Shown: positions 1 to 9,280 of the stretch, piece by piece
Numbering within the stretch: position 1 is the first letter of the stretch
Layout: each line of letters starts with the position of its first letter
NCBI GenBank assembly: GCA_016787985.1
Contig: JAEUTC010000043.1
Coordinates: 17,145 to 81,144 of the forward strand
Direction of reading: 5' to 3'
Origin: Flavobacteriales bacterium
GTDB lineage: Bacteria > Bacteroidota > Bacteroidia > Flavobacteriales_F > PHOS-HE28
DNA: 64,000 nucleotides
The notes under the pieces: model-generated
Seen by the model: only the letters and a program-made list of their open reading frames with translations
Databases searched by the model: none
What the model was told of the DNA's origin: nothing
Position numbers and translations under genes: made by a program

Positions 1-1774
1 CTGCTCCACCTCACAGCCATCCACTTCCATCCCCTTCGAGCCACTGTCGGCACCGGATACCGTATGGACAGAGGCGGCGCTAGCAGCGCTGGAACGGTCC
101 CATCAAATAGTGTATGCCGACCAGCGACGCATCACGAACGGACCACAAGGCGACATGTTGGAGGGCGCCAAGCTGGTGAAGCCCGGCCGTGGCTTCTGGT
201 CGGTCTACCACCTGCCGGTTTTGATCAGCGCACCCCAACAGGACTATGCCATCGAAGGGTTCAGTGAAGACGGCAGATACCTAAGGCTGACCCAACGGTC
301 GGGCAGCCTCACGCGTGGCCATGAGAACGCGACCGTGGATCTTCTTTGGGTGGATCTTGAACGTGCCACCTATGCGACCATCAATGTCCGAACGTTCGAC
401 CAGCAATGGGATATGGATGGGGCGGGCACCGATACCAAAGGCCGCATAAGCATCGATTCGGCAGTGGTGACCTGCGCAGGCTCCCATCTATACATCACCC
501 ATGGATGTAAGGTAGATGGTCGTTCAGTGCCGTGCGAAGATCCTGGTGGGGCCTATCTCATCACACCCGAATCGCTGGTGCTCGACACGACCATCTCGGT
601 AGCCCGAACAGACATCGCCGACAATGGACCTCCCGCTCTATTGACCGCGATCGACAGGGCCAGCTTCGTAGAACTGGCGCGCTTATGCCCAGGTGATAGA
701 GGAACACGATCCACATTGGCACCATTGGATGGTGGTGCACGCGAACGACTGCTCCAAGACCATGCCCCTCGTTATGCGAACTGCGCCCTCTCCTACGGCT
801 GGTTGTTGCAGGAAGGACCGCAGACGCGTATCATGCTTCTTTCCGACCGGGATGATGACCATGATCTGCTCTGGTTGGCCTACGACGATGCGGGTAAGCT
901 GGTCGGTTTGGATACCATGGCCTCCCAGTGGGGCGATGGTCAGTTGATCCGTTGGGAATGTGCGGACATTGACCCGTACGGTAACCTCCGAGTAGAAGCG
1001 GTGGAGGAAGAGACTTTGCGCGATGAAGTGGATACCATGGCCTACCGTCGCGACACACTGATCTACACGATCCGGGTCGAAGGCACAGGTCTCTTGGATG
1101 AACAAGGAGAGGTCCGATCGCACTACGCACTTAAGCGACTCCCCGAGGATCTGACGCGATGCTGGGTGGAAAAGCACGCCGCAGCCAATAGACCACCCTA
1201 CCCGTGGAAGTCACTGCGTACGGTGATACCGGAGGATCGGAAGGTGTTCCAACACGTGATAGGCGACTTGAACCGGGATGGTGCGCAGGACCATGTGCTT
1301 GTGTTGACCAACGAAGCGGATGACGGACCTCGCGACCTCCTCATCGCCTTCACCGCGGTCGATCGTGGACAATACGTGCAGCATTCGCTCTTAAAGGCCT
1401 TCCTCCCCGAGAAGACCAGTGGTGGGTTCCATGATCCGATCGGCGAAGAAGGGATCAGCGGGATCTCGATCAACGCAGACACACTGGTGATCACACAATT
1501 CGGTGGTAGTGCCTGGAAGTGGACCAGTACTGACAAATATGTACACGATGGAAGGCGGAACGCATTCTACCTCGTGGAAACCGGTGGACGTAGTTTCCAC
1601 GCGGCCGGAGAAGAAGGCCTGCATGAAGAGCTGAAAGAGCTTGCCATCTTGAAAGCTCGACAAAAGCTCACCCCAGAACAGAGGGTCCGCTACACAGAAC
1701 TGAAGGATCTCGAGGAGAAGGCCACCTGGCGGTCAACACGTTTTGCAGTGGGCCAGAAGCCCATGGCGCGTTGA
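1..1774 (+). CDS. hypothetical protein; reading frame is open from position 2, so the 5' end probably lies outside the window
   Basis: Long ORF (track 110..1774) with varied, protein-like composition; no stop codon in frame upstream of the ATG at 110 back to the window edge. Confidence 0.5.
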   Translation, partial: CSTSQPSTSIPFEPLSAPDTVWTEAALAALERSHQIVYADQRRITNGPQGDMLEGAKLVKPGRGFWSVYHLPVLISAPQQDYAIEGFSEDGRYLRLTQRSGSLTRGHENATVDLLWVDLERATYATINVRTFDQQWDMDGAGTDTKGRISIDSAVVTCAGSHLYITHGCKVDGRSVPCEDPGGAYLITPESLVLDTTISVARTDIADNGPPALLTAIDRASFVELARLCPGDRGTRSTLAPLDGGARERLLQDHAPRYANCALSYGWLLQEGPQTRIMLLSDRDDDHDLLWLAYDDAGKLVGLDTMASQWGDGQLIRWECADIDPYGNLRVEAVEEETLRDEVDTMAYRRDTLIYTIRVEGTGLLDEQGEVRSHYALKRLPEDLTRCWVEKHAAANRPPYPWKSLRTVIPEDRKVFQHVIGDLNRDGAQDHVLVLTNEADDGPRDLLIAFTAVDRGQYVQHSLLKAFLPEKTSGGFHDPIGEEGISGISINADTLVITQFGGSAWKWTSTDKYVHDGRRNAFYLVETGGRSFHAAGEEGLHEELKELAILKARQKLTPEQRVRYTELKDLEEKATWRSTRFAVGQKPMAR

Positions 1775-1827
1775 TCGGATCCGCAGGCTGTCGTCCTTCT
1801 CCTGCATCAAGAGGCACGCATCCTCAT

Positions 1828-2175
1828 CTACGAAGACAATGGCCTTGAACAGCTTCGGGTTTCACCGCTCGTGCGGCTACGGATCGGACTAAGACAGGAC
1901 TTCGCCATCGCAAATGATGCTCGGAACCGTCCGGACTGTGCTGGTTCCGCGAGAAATCCCTTCACCTTCAACCCATCCGAGATATAGGTGATCCGGTACA
2001 CGATCACGGCAGCAAGCAGCCTATCCCCTTCGGGCATGGAAGTGCGCATATCGTCCACGATCTTCTTGGGCCATTCGAAGGGAGTGCCGTCGAGCAAGGT
2101 TCCGTCTTGAGCGAACACTGGAGCTGAGGCTCCTGCCAAGAGGCACTGGAAATGGATGAAGAGCGCGCTACGCAT
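1828..2175 (-). CDS. small secreted protein; possible N-terminal remnant of an alpha/beta-hydrolase (S9-like) gene
   Basis: Signal-peptide-like N-terminus (MRSALFIHFQCLLAGASAPVFAQ). The segment YRITYISDGLKVKGFLAEP resembles the start of alpha/beta-hydrolase domains but the ORF stops after 115 aa. Confidence 0.3.
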   Translation of the reverse strand: MRSALFIHFQCLLAGASAPVFAQDGTLLDGTPFEWPKKIVDDMRTSMPEGDRLLAAVIVYRITYISDGLKVKGFLAEPAQSGRFRASFAMAKSCLSPIRSRTSGETRSCSRPLSS

Positions 2176-2327
2176 GAGTACAAAGTACTAAGGCGATTTT
2201 ACGGCTGGCTCAGAGGATGCACGATGGCCAGAGGCACCTTGACCCGTGTGGTGAATAGCGGACCTATTCTCCGCATATTTGACGGACATTCGCTAGAGCG
2301 GATCCATCATCATCGGAAGAACGCACC

Positions 2328-2906
2328 ATGAACCCCAAAGTCGACTGGTTCTTCGAGAAGGAAGGGCCCTGGCAGAAATGCTATGCCAAGCTGCGCACTT
2401 TGGCACTGGACAGCGGCCTCACCGAGGAACTCAAGTGGGGCCATCCCTGCTACACGCTCAAGGGCAAGAACGTATTCCTCATCCACGGCTTCAACGACTA
2501 TTGCGCGTTGCTCTTCCACAAAGGCGCGTTGTTGAAGGACGACCACGGCCTCCTCGTACAACAGACGGCCAACGTGCAAAGCGCTCGGCAGATCCGCTTC
2601 ACCAGCCTGAAGGAGATCACGAAGCTCGCACCGGTGCTGCGCAGCTACATGCAGCAGGCCATCGCAGTGGAACAAGCCGGCATGAAAGTGCCGATGAAGA
2701 AGACCACGGAGTTCGACATGCCGGAGGAGTTCGCGATGCAGTTGAAGGCAATGCCGGCATTGAAGAAGGCGTTCTTCGCGTTGACACCGGGTCGACAGCG
2801 CGGATACCTCCTGTACTTCGCGAGCGCCAAGCAAAGCAAGACACGTGAAACACGCATCGAGAAGAACGTGGAGCGTATCCTCGCCGGAAAGGGCTTGGAT
2901 GACTAG
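2328..2906 (+). CDS. YdeI/OmpD-associated family protein (DUF1801 plus YdeI-type C-terminal region)
   Basis: 192-aa ORF. The N-terminal block (WGHPCYTLKGKNVFLIHGFNDYCALLF) and the C-terminal QRGYLLYFASAKQSKTRETRIEK motif are typical of this family. Confidence 0.7.
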   Translation: MNPKVDWFFEKEGPWQKCYAKLRTLALDSGLTEELKWGHPCYTLKGKNVFLIHGFNDYCALLFHKGALLKDDHGLLVQQTANVQSARQIRFTSLKEITKLAPVLRSYMQQAIAVEQAGMKVPMKKTTEFDMPEEFAMQLKAMPALKKAFFALTPGRQRGYLLYFASAKQSKTRETRIEKNVERILAGKGLDD

Positions 2907-3273
2907 AACGACACACATACCCATGCTCACCGCCATCATCCCCAAGCTGCCCATGCGCGACCCGGCGGCTACACGTGCCTACTATGTGGACCAACTCGGT
3001 TTCACGGTGGAAGGGAAATATGAGAACTACCTCATCGTGGAACGCGACGGTGTGGAGTTGCACTTCTTCCTTTTTGAAGACCTCGATCCCAAGGAGAATT
3101 ACGGCCAGGTCTATATCCGGGTGAACGGTATCGATGCGCTACACGACGCATGGTCCGCACAAGGCGTGCGCATCCATCCCAACGGAGCGCTTAGCGACAA
3201 GCCATGGGGACAGCGTGAATTCGCGTTGTTGGACCCGGACCATAACCTGTTGACGTTCGGTGAAGCCCTATGA
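2899..3273 (+). CDS. VOC/glyoxalase-bleomycin resistance family protein
   Basis: About 125-aa ORF with IPKLPMRD...YYVDQLGF and ELHFFLFED motifs typical of glyoxalase-fold proteins; internal ATG chosen to avoid overlap with the previous gene. Confidence 0.65.
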   Translation: MTRTTHIPMLTAIIPKLPMRDPAATRAYYVDQLGFTVEGKYENYLIVERDGVELHFFLFEDLDPKENYGQVYIRVNGIDALHDAWSAQGVRIHPNGALSDKPWGQREFALLDPDHNLLTFGEAL

Positions 3274-3710
3274 CCGCGGAGAGGAAGCGGACTTCGCAGC
3301 TACTGACCGGAGGCACGCGCTTCGCAGCCGTTTCCGACCTCCTGGACTTCCTACCTGCCGACGAGCGCGCCCTGACCGAGCGATTACGGGAGCTCATCAT
3401 TTCCGAAGTGCCGGAACTGAAAGAGCGACTTAGCTTCAACGTGCCGTTCTACAAAGGTCGGCGTGACGTATGTTTCCTCTGGCCTGCATCGGTACTATGG
3501 GGAAGGACGAAGACCTACGAGGGGGTGCGCTTCGGGCTGAGCTATGGGAGCCTGGTACCTGGCTGCGAGCCCTACCTGCAACGGGGAGAGCGCAAGCAGG
3601 TGTGCTGGCGGGACCTCCAGGAATTGACCGACCACGACGAACGAAGGATCCGCGCCCTACTGCGCGCAGCTGTCGTCGTGGATCAGGAACGGGCGGGTGG
3701 ACTGCGTTGA
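3270..3710 (+). CDS. DUF1801 (YdhG-like) domain protein
   Basis: 146-aa ORF with a 4-nt overlap onto the upstream gene; LSFNVPFYKGRRDVCFLWP is a DUF1801-type motif. Confidence 0.6.
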   Translation: MTAERKRTSQLLTGGTRFAAVSDLLDFLPADERALTERLRELIISEVPELKERLSFNVPFYKGRRDVCFLWPASVLWGRTKTYEGVRFGLSYGSLVPGCEPYLQRGERKQVCWRDLQELTDHDERRIRALLRAAVVVDQERAGGLR

Positions 3711-3985
3711 GCGCGACGTGACCGAGACGCACCGCGCGCCATCCCGCTTTCAAAGTCGCATCAGCGGAAGGTTCGGGGCCTCCTCCCCTATGCCGATCCG
3801 CGCGTTATAACGAGCCGCTTTCAGGCTGCTCAGGTCGATCTTCGTTAACCGACCTGGGGTGGCTGGCGGAAGTACTAGATCGGCAGGTCGGGACAAAGAT
3901 CCTCTGTAGACGTAATGTAGCGCGTGAGCCCACACCTCGCCGTAGTGAAGTGGTGTGTTCACATTCGAACAGGGACCTCGATAAG

Positions 3986-5242
3986 ATGGAAACACACCGG
4001 ATCATGAACCGCCCCGCCTACCTCATTATCGGCCTTAGCGCACTGCTCTTCTCCTGCGGCGAGAGTGCCGAGAACACGATGGACCAATACGGCCAAGACC
4101 CCAGGATGAGCGAGTTGGAAGCGCGGATGGCGCAGATCACCGGCCAACCCGCACCAGAAGGCCAGTCAGCCAATGGCTGGGAACAACAGGGGGGTGAAGA
4201 AGGTGGATCAGGCTTCGCTCAACGAACTGCAACAGCAGCAGGCATGCGCACACATACCCTGAACAGTTCATCCTATAACGTTCCCTTCGCGCAGCTGGAT
4301 CTGCCCGCCCATTGGAACGTCCAAGGCATGGAAAGGGGCGACTGGACCGCGACGGCCCCCGGGGCGAACGTCAGGAACACGAAGCCCGCCAGCTTCATGA
4401 TGGTGGGTGGTCAGCTGGGTCAATTCTACCAGGCGAACGGACAGCAGATGCGTGCCCCGGTATCCCCTGAACAGGTGGTGATGCAGGACCTGGCTCCGCG
4501 GATGCGCCAGCAGGGCTACGAACTGGTCGGCCAAGCGCCAGCACCCGGCGTGGAACAGGTCGATCAGCGTGGCATGAACGGCTTGTACGTATCGGGGCAG
4601 GCACAAAAGACCTGCAAGGCCAACCTCAGCGAATGGCGGCGTGGCGACAAGCGGCTTGCCGTAGTGCTGCATTGGTTCAGCATCAGTAGTGCGGACATGG
4701 TGAACTGGGGCTACTACACCACCGAGTTGGAATCCACCGAAGGCACCTACGAACGTGAGAAGAGCGGATTGCTCAGTGGTCTCTCCACGATGCGTTTCAA
4801 TCCCGCCTACTTCGCGGCCCAGCACCGCCAAGCCAGACAGAAGGAGCAGGAGAGCATGGCCGCACACCAGCAGCAAATGATGAACAACCAGCAGAGCTGG
4901 AATGCCCACAACGCCCGCATGCGCAGCAACCAAGCCGCCTTCGATGCCAGCCAGGCCGCACACCGCGACATGGTGAACAGCGTGAACAACTCCATGATGG
5001 GCACCTGGAACAACACCAACGCCACCATGGATCGCATGCAGGATGCGACCATCAACGGTATCCGTGGGGAGCAGAACGCTTGGAACCCACAGACCGGCGA
5101 GCAAGGCAAGGTGGAAGCCGGGTACAACAACTACTGGGTGAACGGCGATGGCCAGTACTTCGGGACCAACGACGTCATGTATGACCCGAACGTGGGAAGT
5201 CAGTCGGGTGAACAATGGCAACAGATGGAGACCGAGCCGTGA
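3986..5242 (+). CDS. lipoprotein with a Q/N/M-rich low-complexity C-terminal half
   Basis: Lipobox LLFSCG after a hydrophobic leader (start could be 3986 or 4004). The C-terminal roughly 150 aa is dominated by Q, N, M, A and W (QQQMMNNQQSWNAHNARMRSNQAAF...). Confidence 0.6.
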   Translation: METHRIMNRPAYLIIGLSALLFSCGESAENTMDQYGQDPRMSELEARMAQITGQPAPEGQSANGWEQQGGEEGGSGFAQRTATAAGMRTHTLNSSSYNVPFAQLDLPAHWNVQGMERGDWTATAPGANVRNTKPASFMMVGGQLGQFYQANGQQMRAPVSPEQVVMQDLAPRMRQQGYELVGQAPAPGVEQVDQRGMNGLYVSGQAQKTCKANLSEWRRGDKRLAVVLHWFSISSADMVNWGYYTTELESTEGTYEREKSGLLSGLSTMRFNPAYFAAQHRQARQKEQESMAAHQQQMMNNQQSWNAHNARMRSNQAAFDASQAAHRDMVNSVNNSMMGTWNNTNATMDRMQDATINGIRGEQNAWNPQTGEQGKVEAGYNNYWVNGDGQYFGTNDVMYDPNVGSQSGEQWQQMETEP

Positions 5243-5251
5243 TGGCACGCC

Positions 5252-5977
5252 GTGGAGTGGCTCAGGAGTATCGAACTTCGCCGCATGCCCACGACGCCAT
5301 CGGTCATCATCCCGAAGTCGACCCTCAGCTTCCTCGACGACTTGGAGGCGCACAATGAAAAGCCCTGGTTCGAAGCGAACAAGCCCAGGTACCAGACCGC
5401 CCACGCGAACATGGTGGCCTTCGCCGAAGCGCTGTTGGAACGGATGCGGGTGCATGACAAGCTGAGCACCCCCAGCGGCGCGAAGAGCCTGATGCGCATT
5501 TACACGGATCAGCGTTTCCACAAGGACAAGCCGCCCTACGCGCCGCGTTTCGGAGGTCGCTTGGCACGGGTGAAGCCGGCCCTACGCGGGGGATACTTCT
5601 ACCGGATCCAGCCCGGTGATCGGTCGCACGTCACCTGCGGCTTCATGGGACCCGAACCGGAGGATCTTCGACTGATCCGGCAGGACATCGCCTACGACCA
5701 CGCCTCCTGGCGGAAGATCCTTCGTGGCAAGAACCTTCGCATCCACTTCGGAGAACTTTTCGGTGAGGAAGTGGCCACGGTCCCCCGTGGATATGCGAAG
5801 GACCACCCTGCTGCCGATCTCTTGCGGAAACGCCAATTCCTTCTTCGCCGCACGTTCACGGACAAAGAAGTCCTTTCGCCGGTATTCTTGGATGAAGTGG
5901 TGAAGACCTACCGCTCGGTACGTCCGTGGTTCGATCATATGACCGCTGTGCTGACCACCGACGGCAACGGAGCATAG
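5252..5977 (+). CDS. DUF2461/TIGR02453 family protein
   Basis: 241-aa ORF; the PWFEANKPRYQ...FGGRL...GGYYFRIQPG pattern matches the TIGR02453 family. Confidence 0.7.
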   Translation: MEWLRSIELRRMPTTPSVIIPKSTLSFLDDLEAHNEKPWFEANKPRYQTAHANMVAFAEALLERMRVHDKLSTPSGAKSLMRIYTDQRFHKDKPPYAPRFGGRLARVKPALRGGYFYRIQPGDRSHVTCGFMGPEPEDLRLIRQDIAYDHASWRKILRGKNLRIHFGELFGEEVATVPRGYAKDHPAADLLRKRQFLLRRTFTDKEVLSPVFLDEVVKTYRSVRPWFDHMTAVLTTDGNGA

Positions 5978-5978
5978 A

Positions 5979-6692
5979 TCAGGATCGCGTTCGGTCAGAC
6001 CGACCCAGGATGCGCATTTGCAGTACATCCACGAAGAAGGCGAAGGCCATGGAGCCATAGATGAAGCCCTTCGGGATCGGATGACCGGCTCCTTCGGCCA
6101 CCAGCGCCACGCCGATCACCATGAGGAAGCTGAGCGCGAGGATCTTGAAACTGGGGTGCTGGGCGATGAAAGCGGCGATGGGTTTCGCGGCCACGAGCAT
6201 GATCACCACGGTGACCACCACGGCCACGTACATCATCCACAATTCGTCCACCATCCCCACCGCGGTGATGATCGAATCCACCGAGAAGACGAGATCCAAC
6301 AGCAGCACCTGCATCAGCAATTGGTTGAAACCGGCGGCCTTGGTCTGCACGGCTGCGTTCGGTCCTTTCTCCCCGCTCAGGTGGAAGAGTTCGCGCGTGG
6401 CCTTGTACAGCAGAAAAACACCACCTACCAGCAGGATGAGTTCCTTCCCACTCACACCCTGTCCGAAGACCGTGAAGAGATCGGCATCGAGCTTCATGAT
6501 CCATGAGATCACTGCGAGCAGGCCCAGCCGCATGACCATGGCCAGGCCGATACCCAGCTTCCGCAGCTTGTCGCGTTGGGACTCGGGCAGTTTATCCGCC
6601 AGGATCGAGATGAAGATGATGTTATCGATGCCCAGTACCACCTCCAGGGTGATCAGCGTGAGCAGCGCGATCGTGATATCGAGGATCTCCAT
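5979..6692 (-). CDS. TerC family integral membrane protein
   Basis: 237-aa hydrophobic ORF with the VVLGIDNIIFISIL and SVDSIITAVGMVD motifs typical of TerC. Confidence 0.85.
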   Translation of the reverse strand: MEILDITIALLTLITLEVVLGIDNIIFISILADKLPESQRDKLRKLGIGLAMVMRLGLLAVISWIMKLDADLFTVFGQGVSGKELILLVGGVFLLYKATRELFHLSGEKGPNAAVQTKAAGFNQLLMQVLLLDLVFSVDSIITAVGMVDELWMMYVAVVVTVVIMLVAAKPIAAFIAQHPSFKILALSFLMVIGVALVAEGAGHPIPKGFIYGSMAFAFFVDVLQMRILGRSDRTRS

Positions 6693-6736
6693 GTTTTCGC
6701 ACTGATTCCGTCGGTATGCCCATCAGGGCGGGACGC

Positions 6737-7090
6737 TCAAGCCTTCTTCACGAACTCGCTCTTCAAGGCCATGGCGCCAAAGCCCTCGATGCGGCAATCG
6801 ATGTTGTGTCCCGCAGTACTGCGGGAGCCTTCCACGAGTTTAATGCCGCGCACTTTCGTTCCAGCCTTGAGCGCTTTGGGAGCGCCTTTCACGGCCAGGT
6901 CCTTCACCATCACCACATCATCGCCATCTTTCAGAATGTTGCCATTGGCATCCTTAACCACTGGACCGGCCGCTTCCGCCGCTACTTCCGCCGGGTTCCA
7001 CTCATGGCCGCATTCAGCGCACATCTGAGATGTCCCGGTGGGATAGGTGATCGTAGAGCGACATTCGGGGCAGGGGGTGGTATCGGGCAT
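6737..7090 (-). CDS. phnA: PhnA/YjdC-type zinc-ribbon protein
   Basis: 117 aa; N-terminal CPECRS...CAECGHEW zinc ribbon followed by the [20 protein letters not shown]...[20 protein letters not shown] PhnA C-terminal domain. Confidence 0.8.
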   Translation of the reverse strand: MPDTTPCPECRSTITYPTGTSQMCAECGHEWNPAEVAAEAAGPVVKDANGNILKDGDDVVMVKDLAVKGAPKALKAGTKVRGIKLVEGSRSTAGHNIDCRIEGFGAMALKSEFVKKA

Positions 7091-7196
7091 GGTGGCCGCG
7101 AAAGTACCGGTCTAGTTCGGATGTGCACCGTTGGAAGGGGGATGGAACGTGCGATCCGGAGCGAACCCTTCTACTGGGTTCGTGGTTCATTGCAGC

Positions 7197-8897
7197 ATGA
7201 ACCATACCCTAGCCTTCGCCTGTTGGTGCTCTTGTGCGCTGCCGGTTCACTCTCAAGAACCCTTGGAACACGTTTGGGCCCGGCGTGTGGGCAGCTCGAA
7301 CGAGAACGAGAAGCTCTGGCGTATGGCCGTGGACGAAGCCGGCAATGTCTTTGTAACAGGCTATTTCCGGGGCACCTTCGCAGAACAAGGTGTTTCGGTC
7401 ACCAGCGTAGGCGGCGCCGATGTACTCCTGCTGAAGTATTCATCACAAGGTGAACTACTGTGGGCCCGGTCGGCTGGTGGCCCACTTGGAGATGGTGCCT
7501 ATGGCATCGATACGGACAAGGATGGGAACGTGTACATTACGGGAACCTTCTCTGGGCTGGCCGTTTTCGGCGATACATTACTCGCTGTGAGCCATCCAGA
7601 GGAGATCGAGTTACCGTTCAGTTTCGTGGCCCGATACTCCTCATCCGGCGAGTTGGCTTGGGTGCGCGCGATGGAGGCAGAAATGGTAGCGGGTAGTTAT
7701 CCCTTTGGACAGAGCTATGCCGTGCGTGTAGGACCCGGTGGCGACCTGATCATTTGCGGCACCTACGCCTCAACTGATGCATCCGCCGGCAACCCTGCGT
7801 TAAGCACGCTCACCTTCGGAGGACAGCCGTTCAGGACATGCGGTCTTCCTTACGAATCGACCTACGTGATGCGAATGGACACCTTGGGCAACACCGAATG
7901 GGTGCACACCGTAGGTGGTCTTAATGGACAAGGGGTCTTCCAAAGCATCGCCTTCGACACGGGGGGTAACATCTGGGTGGGCGGGAACGTCGTTTCCAAC
8001 GCGGGATCCCCGTACGTGGATGGACCGGTGAACCTGGGCACGAGCGCCACGACGACCTACACCGGCGGGGTGATGCGGCTTAGCGGATCCGGTGATCCGA
8101 TCAGCGGCTTCCTGCTTTCGAGCACCAACACCAGCAACGTGGAGGACCTCATCGTTGCTGGGAATGGCGATATCTACCTCAGTGGCTGGCACCGAGGTTC
8201 GCTGTTCGCTTCGCCCTCAGCCACACAAGTGGATGGTTTCCTGATGCGTGTTTCCAACACCGGCTCACCCATCTGGACCAAGCGGCTCACGGGCCCTGGC
8301 AGCGACTTCTTCAGCGGTATAGCCACCACCACTGAACCCAACGAATTGGTAGGTGGCGCTTATTACTTCTTCGATGCGGACCTGGAAGGCGCCGACTTAG
8401 CCGCCAGCCCAGGGAATACGAGTGCGTTGGTCCGCCTCGATACCATGGGCACGGTGCTGGAGGTGGTCCAGCCGGAAGTGCTCTCCGGTTACAGCCTGAT
8501 CGCGGATGTGCAAAGCGACCTCTTCGGGAACTTCTACCTCTGTGGTGATGTCGGTGGTGAGGTGCGCTACGGACCCGACACCATCACATGCCTATCCCAA
8601 GACATGTACGTGGCCAAACTTTCGCCGCAACTATCCACCGGGCTAGAGCTGGTGGAGGTCAACGATCGGTCATTGCTGACCGGTTATCCGAATCCGACGG
8701 ATGGGCTCATCCGCATCAATGGTCCCTCTGCTTCAGGTTCATTCGATCTGTTCGATGCACGTGGCACGTTGGTAAGGCGCTTCACACGACCCGGCCAGGA
8801 CCCCGTACTCGACTTAGGCGGCTTGGCCTCCGGTATCTATGTGCTCTCCGATGGGCAGGGAGCGACCACTCGCATCGCACTGGAAGGAACTGATTAG
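7197..8897 (+). CDS. secreted beta-propeller (SBBP-like repeat) protein with a T9SS C-terminal sorting domain
   Basis: Signal peptide (MNHTLAFACWCSCALPVHSQ); repeated D.AGNV(F/Y).TG..-type units; C-terminal roughly 80 aa (LTGYPNPTDGLIRING...GIYVLSDGQGATTRIALEG) resembles the Por_Secre_tail. Confidence 0.75.
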   Translation: MNHTLAFACWCSCALPVHSQEPLEHVWARRVGSSNENEKLWRMAVDEAGNVFVTGYFRGTFAEQGVSVTSVGGADVLLLKYSSQGELLWARSAGGPLGDGAYGIDTDKDGNVYITGTFSGLAVFGDTLLAVSHPEEIELPFSFVARYSSSGELAWVRAMEAEMVAGSYPFGQSYAVRVGPGGDLIICGTYASTDASAGNPALSTLTFGGQPFRTCGLPYESTYVMRMDTLGNTEWVHTVGGLNGQGVFQSIAFDTGGNIWVGGNVVSNAGSPYVDGPVNLGTSATTTYTGGVMRLSGSGDPISGFLLSSTNTSNVEDLIVAGNGDIYLSGWHRGSLFASPSATQVDGFLMRVSNTGSPIWTKRLTGPGSDFFSGIATTTEPNELVGGAYYFFDADLEGADLAASPGNTSALVRLDTMGTVLEVVQPEVLSGYSLIADVQSDLFGNFYLCGDVGGEVRYGPDTITCLSQDMYVAKLSPQLSTGLELVEVNDRSLLTGYPNPTDGLIRINGPSASGSFDLFDARGTLVRRFTRPGQDPVLDLGGLASGIYVLSDGQGATTRIALEGTD

Positions 8898-8952
8898 AAC
8901 CAACTGGTTGGATCCAGCACAATAGCATGCCTCACCGTGCGTTGGGTGCATC

Positions 8953-9276
8953 GTGCTTCGGTTGACCCAAATCCTTTTCACCACTTCGCTCGTCGCCGGC
9001 TTCTGGTTGTGGTGGGTGTTGGACCACGTGGGACACGGTTACCCTCCGGAAGGCGGCTTCCTGCGCTGGTGGCATGACTTGGAGGGGCAGCCCGAGTTCT
9101 ACCTGCTCTTTGTCCAACTCACCTACCCGCTTTATTGGTGGCTGAGCCGCAACGTCAAATGGTCGGCGTTCTGGCGCACCTGGCGGACGGCCCACATGGC
9201 ATTGGTGCTCCTGCTTCTATTGGCTACGGGTCTTATGTGGCTGGCCACGCCGGACCTTGGTGGTCACTGGGGTTGA
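8953..9276 (+). CDS. small Trp-rich hydrophobic protein (hypothetical)
   Basis: 107-aa ORF with two hydrophobic stretches lying between convergent genes; no recognisable motif. Confidence 0.3.
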   Translation: MLRLTQILFTTSLVAGFWLWWVLDHVGHGYPPEGGFLRWWHDLEGQPEFYLLFVQLTYPLYWWLSRNVKWSAFWRTWRTAHMALVLLLLLATGLMWLATPDLGGHWG

Positions 9277-9280
9277 ACCG

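Noticed and set aside
64-267. 67-aa ORF at the window start
   Set aside because: Overlapped by the longer in-frame-open ORF continuing from the window edge.
4268-5521. 417-aa ORF on the minus strand
   Set aside because: Entirely antisense to the better-supported lipoprotein (3986-5242) and DUF2461 genes; composition (runs of H, V, G, R, L) is typical of GC-rich antisense frames.
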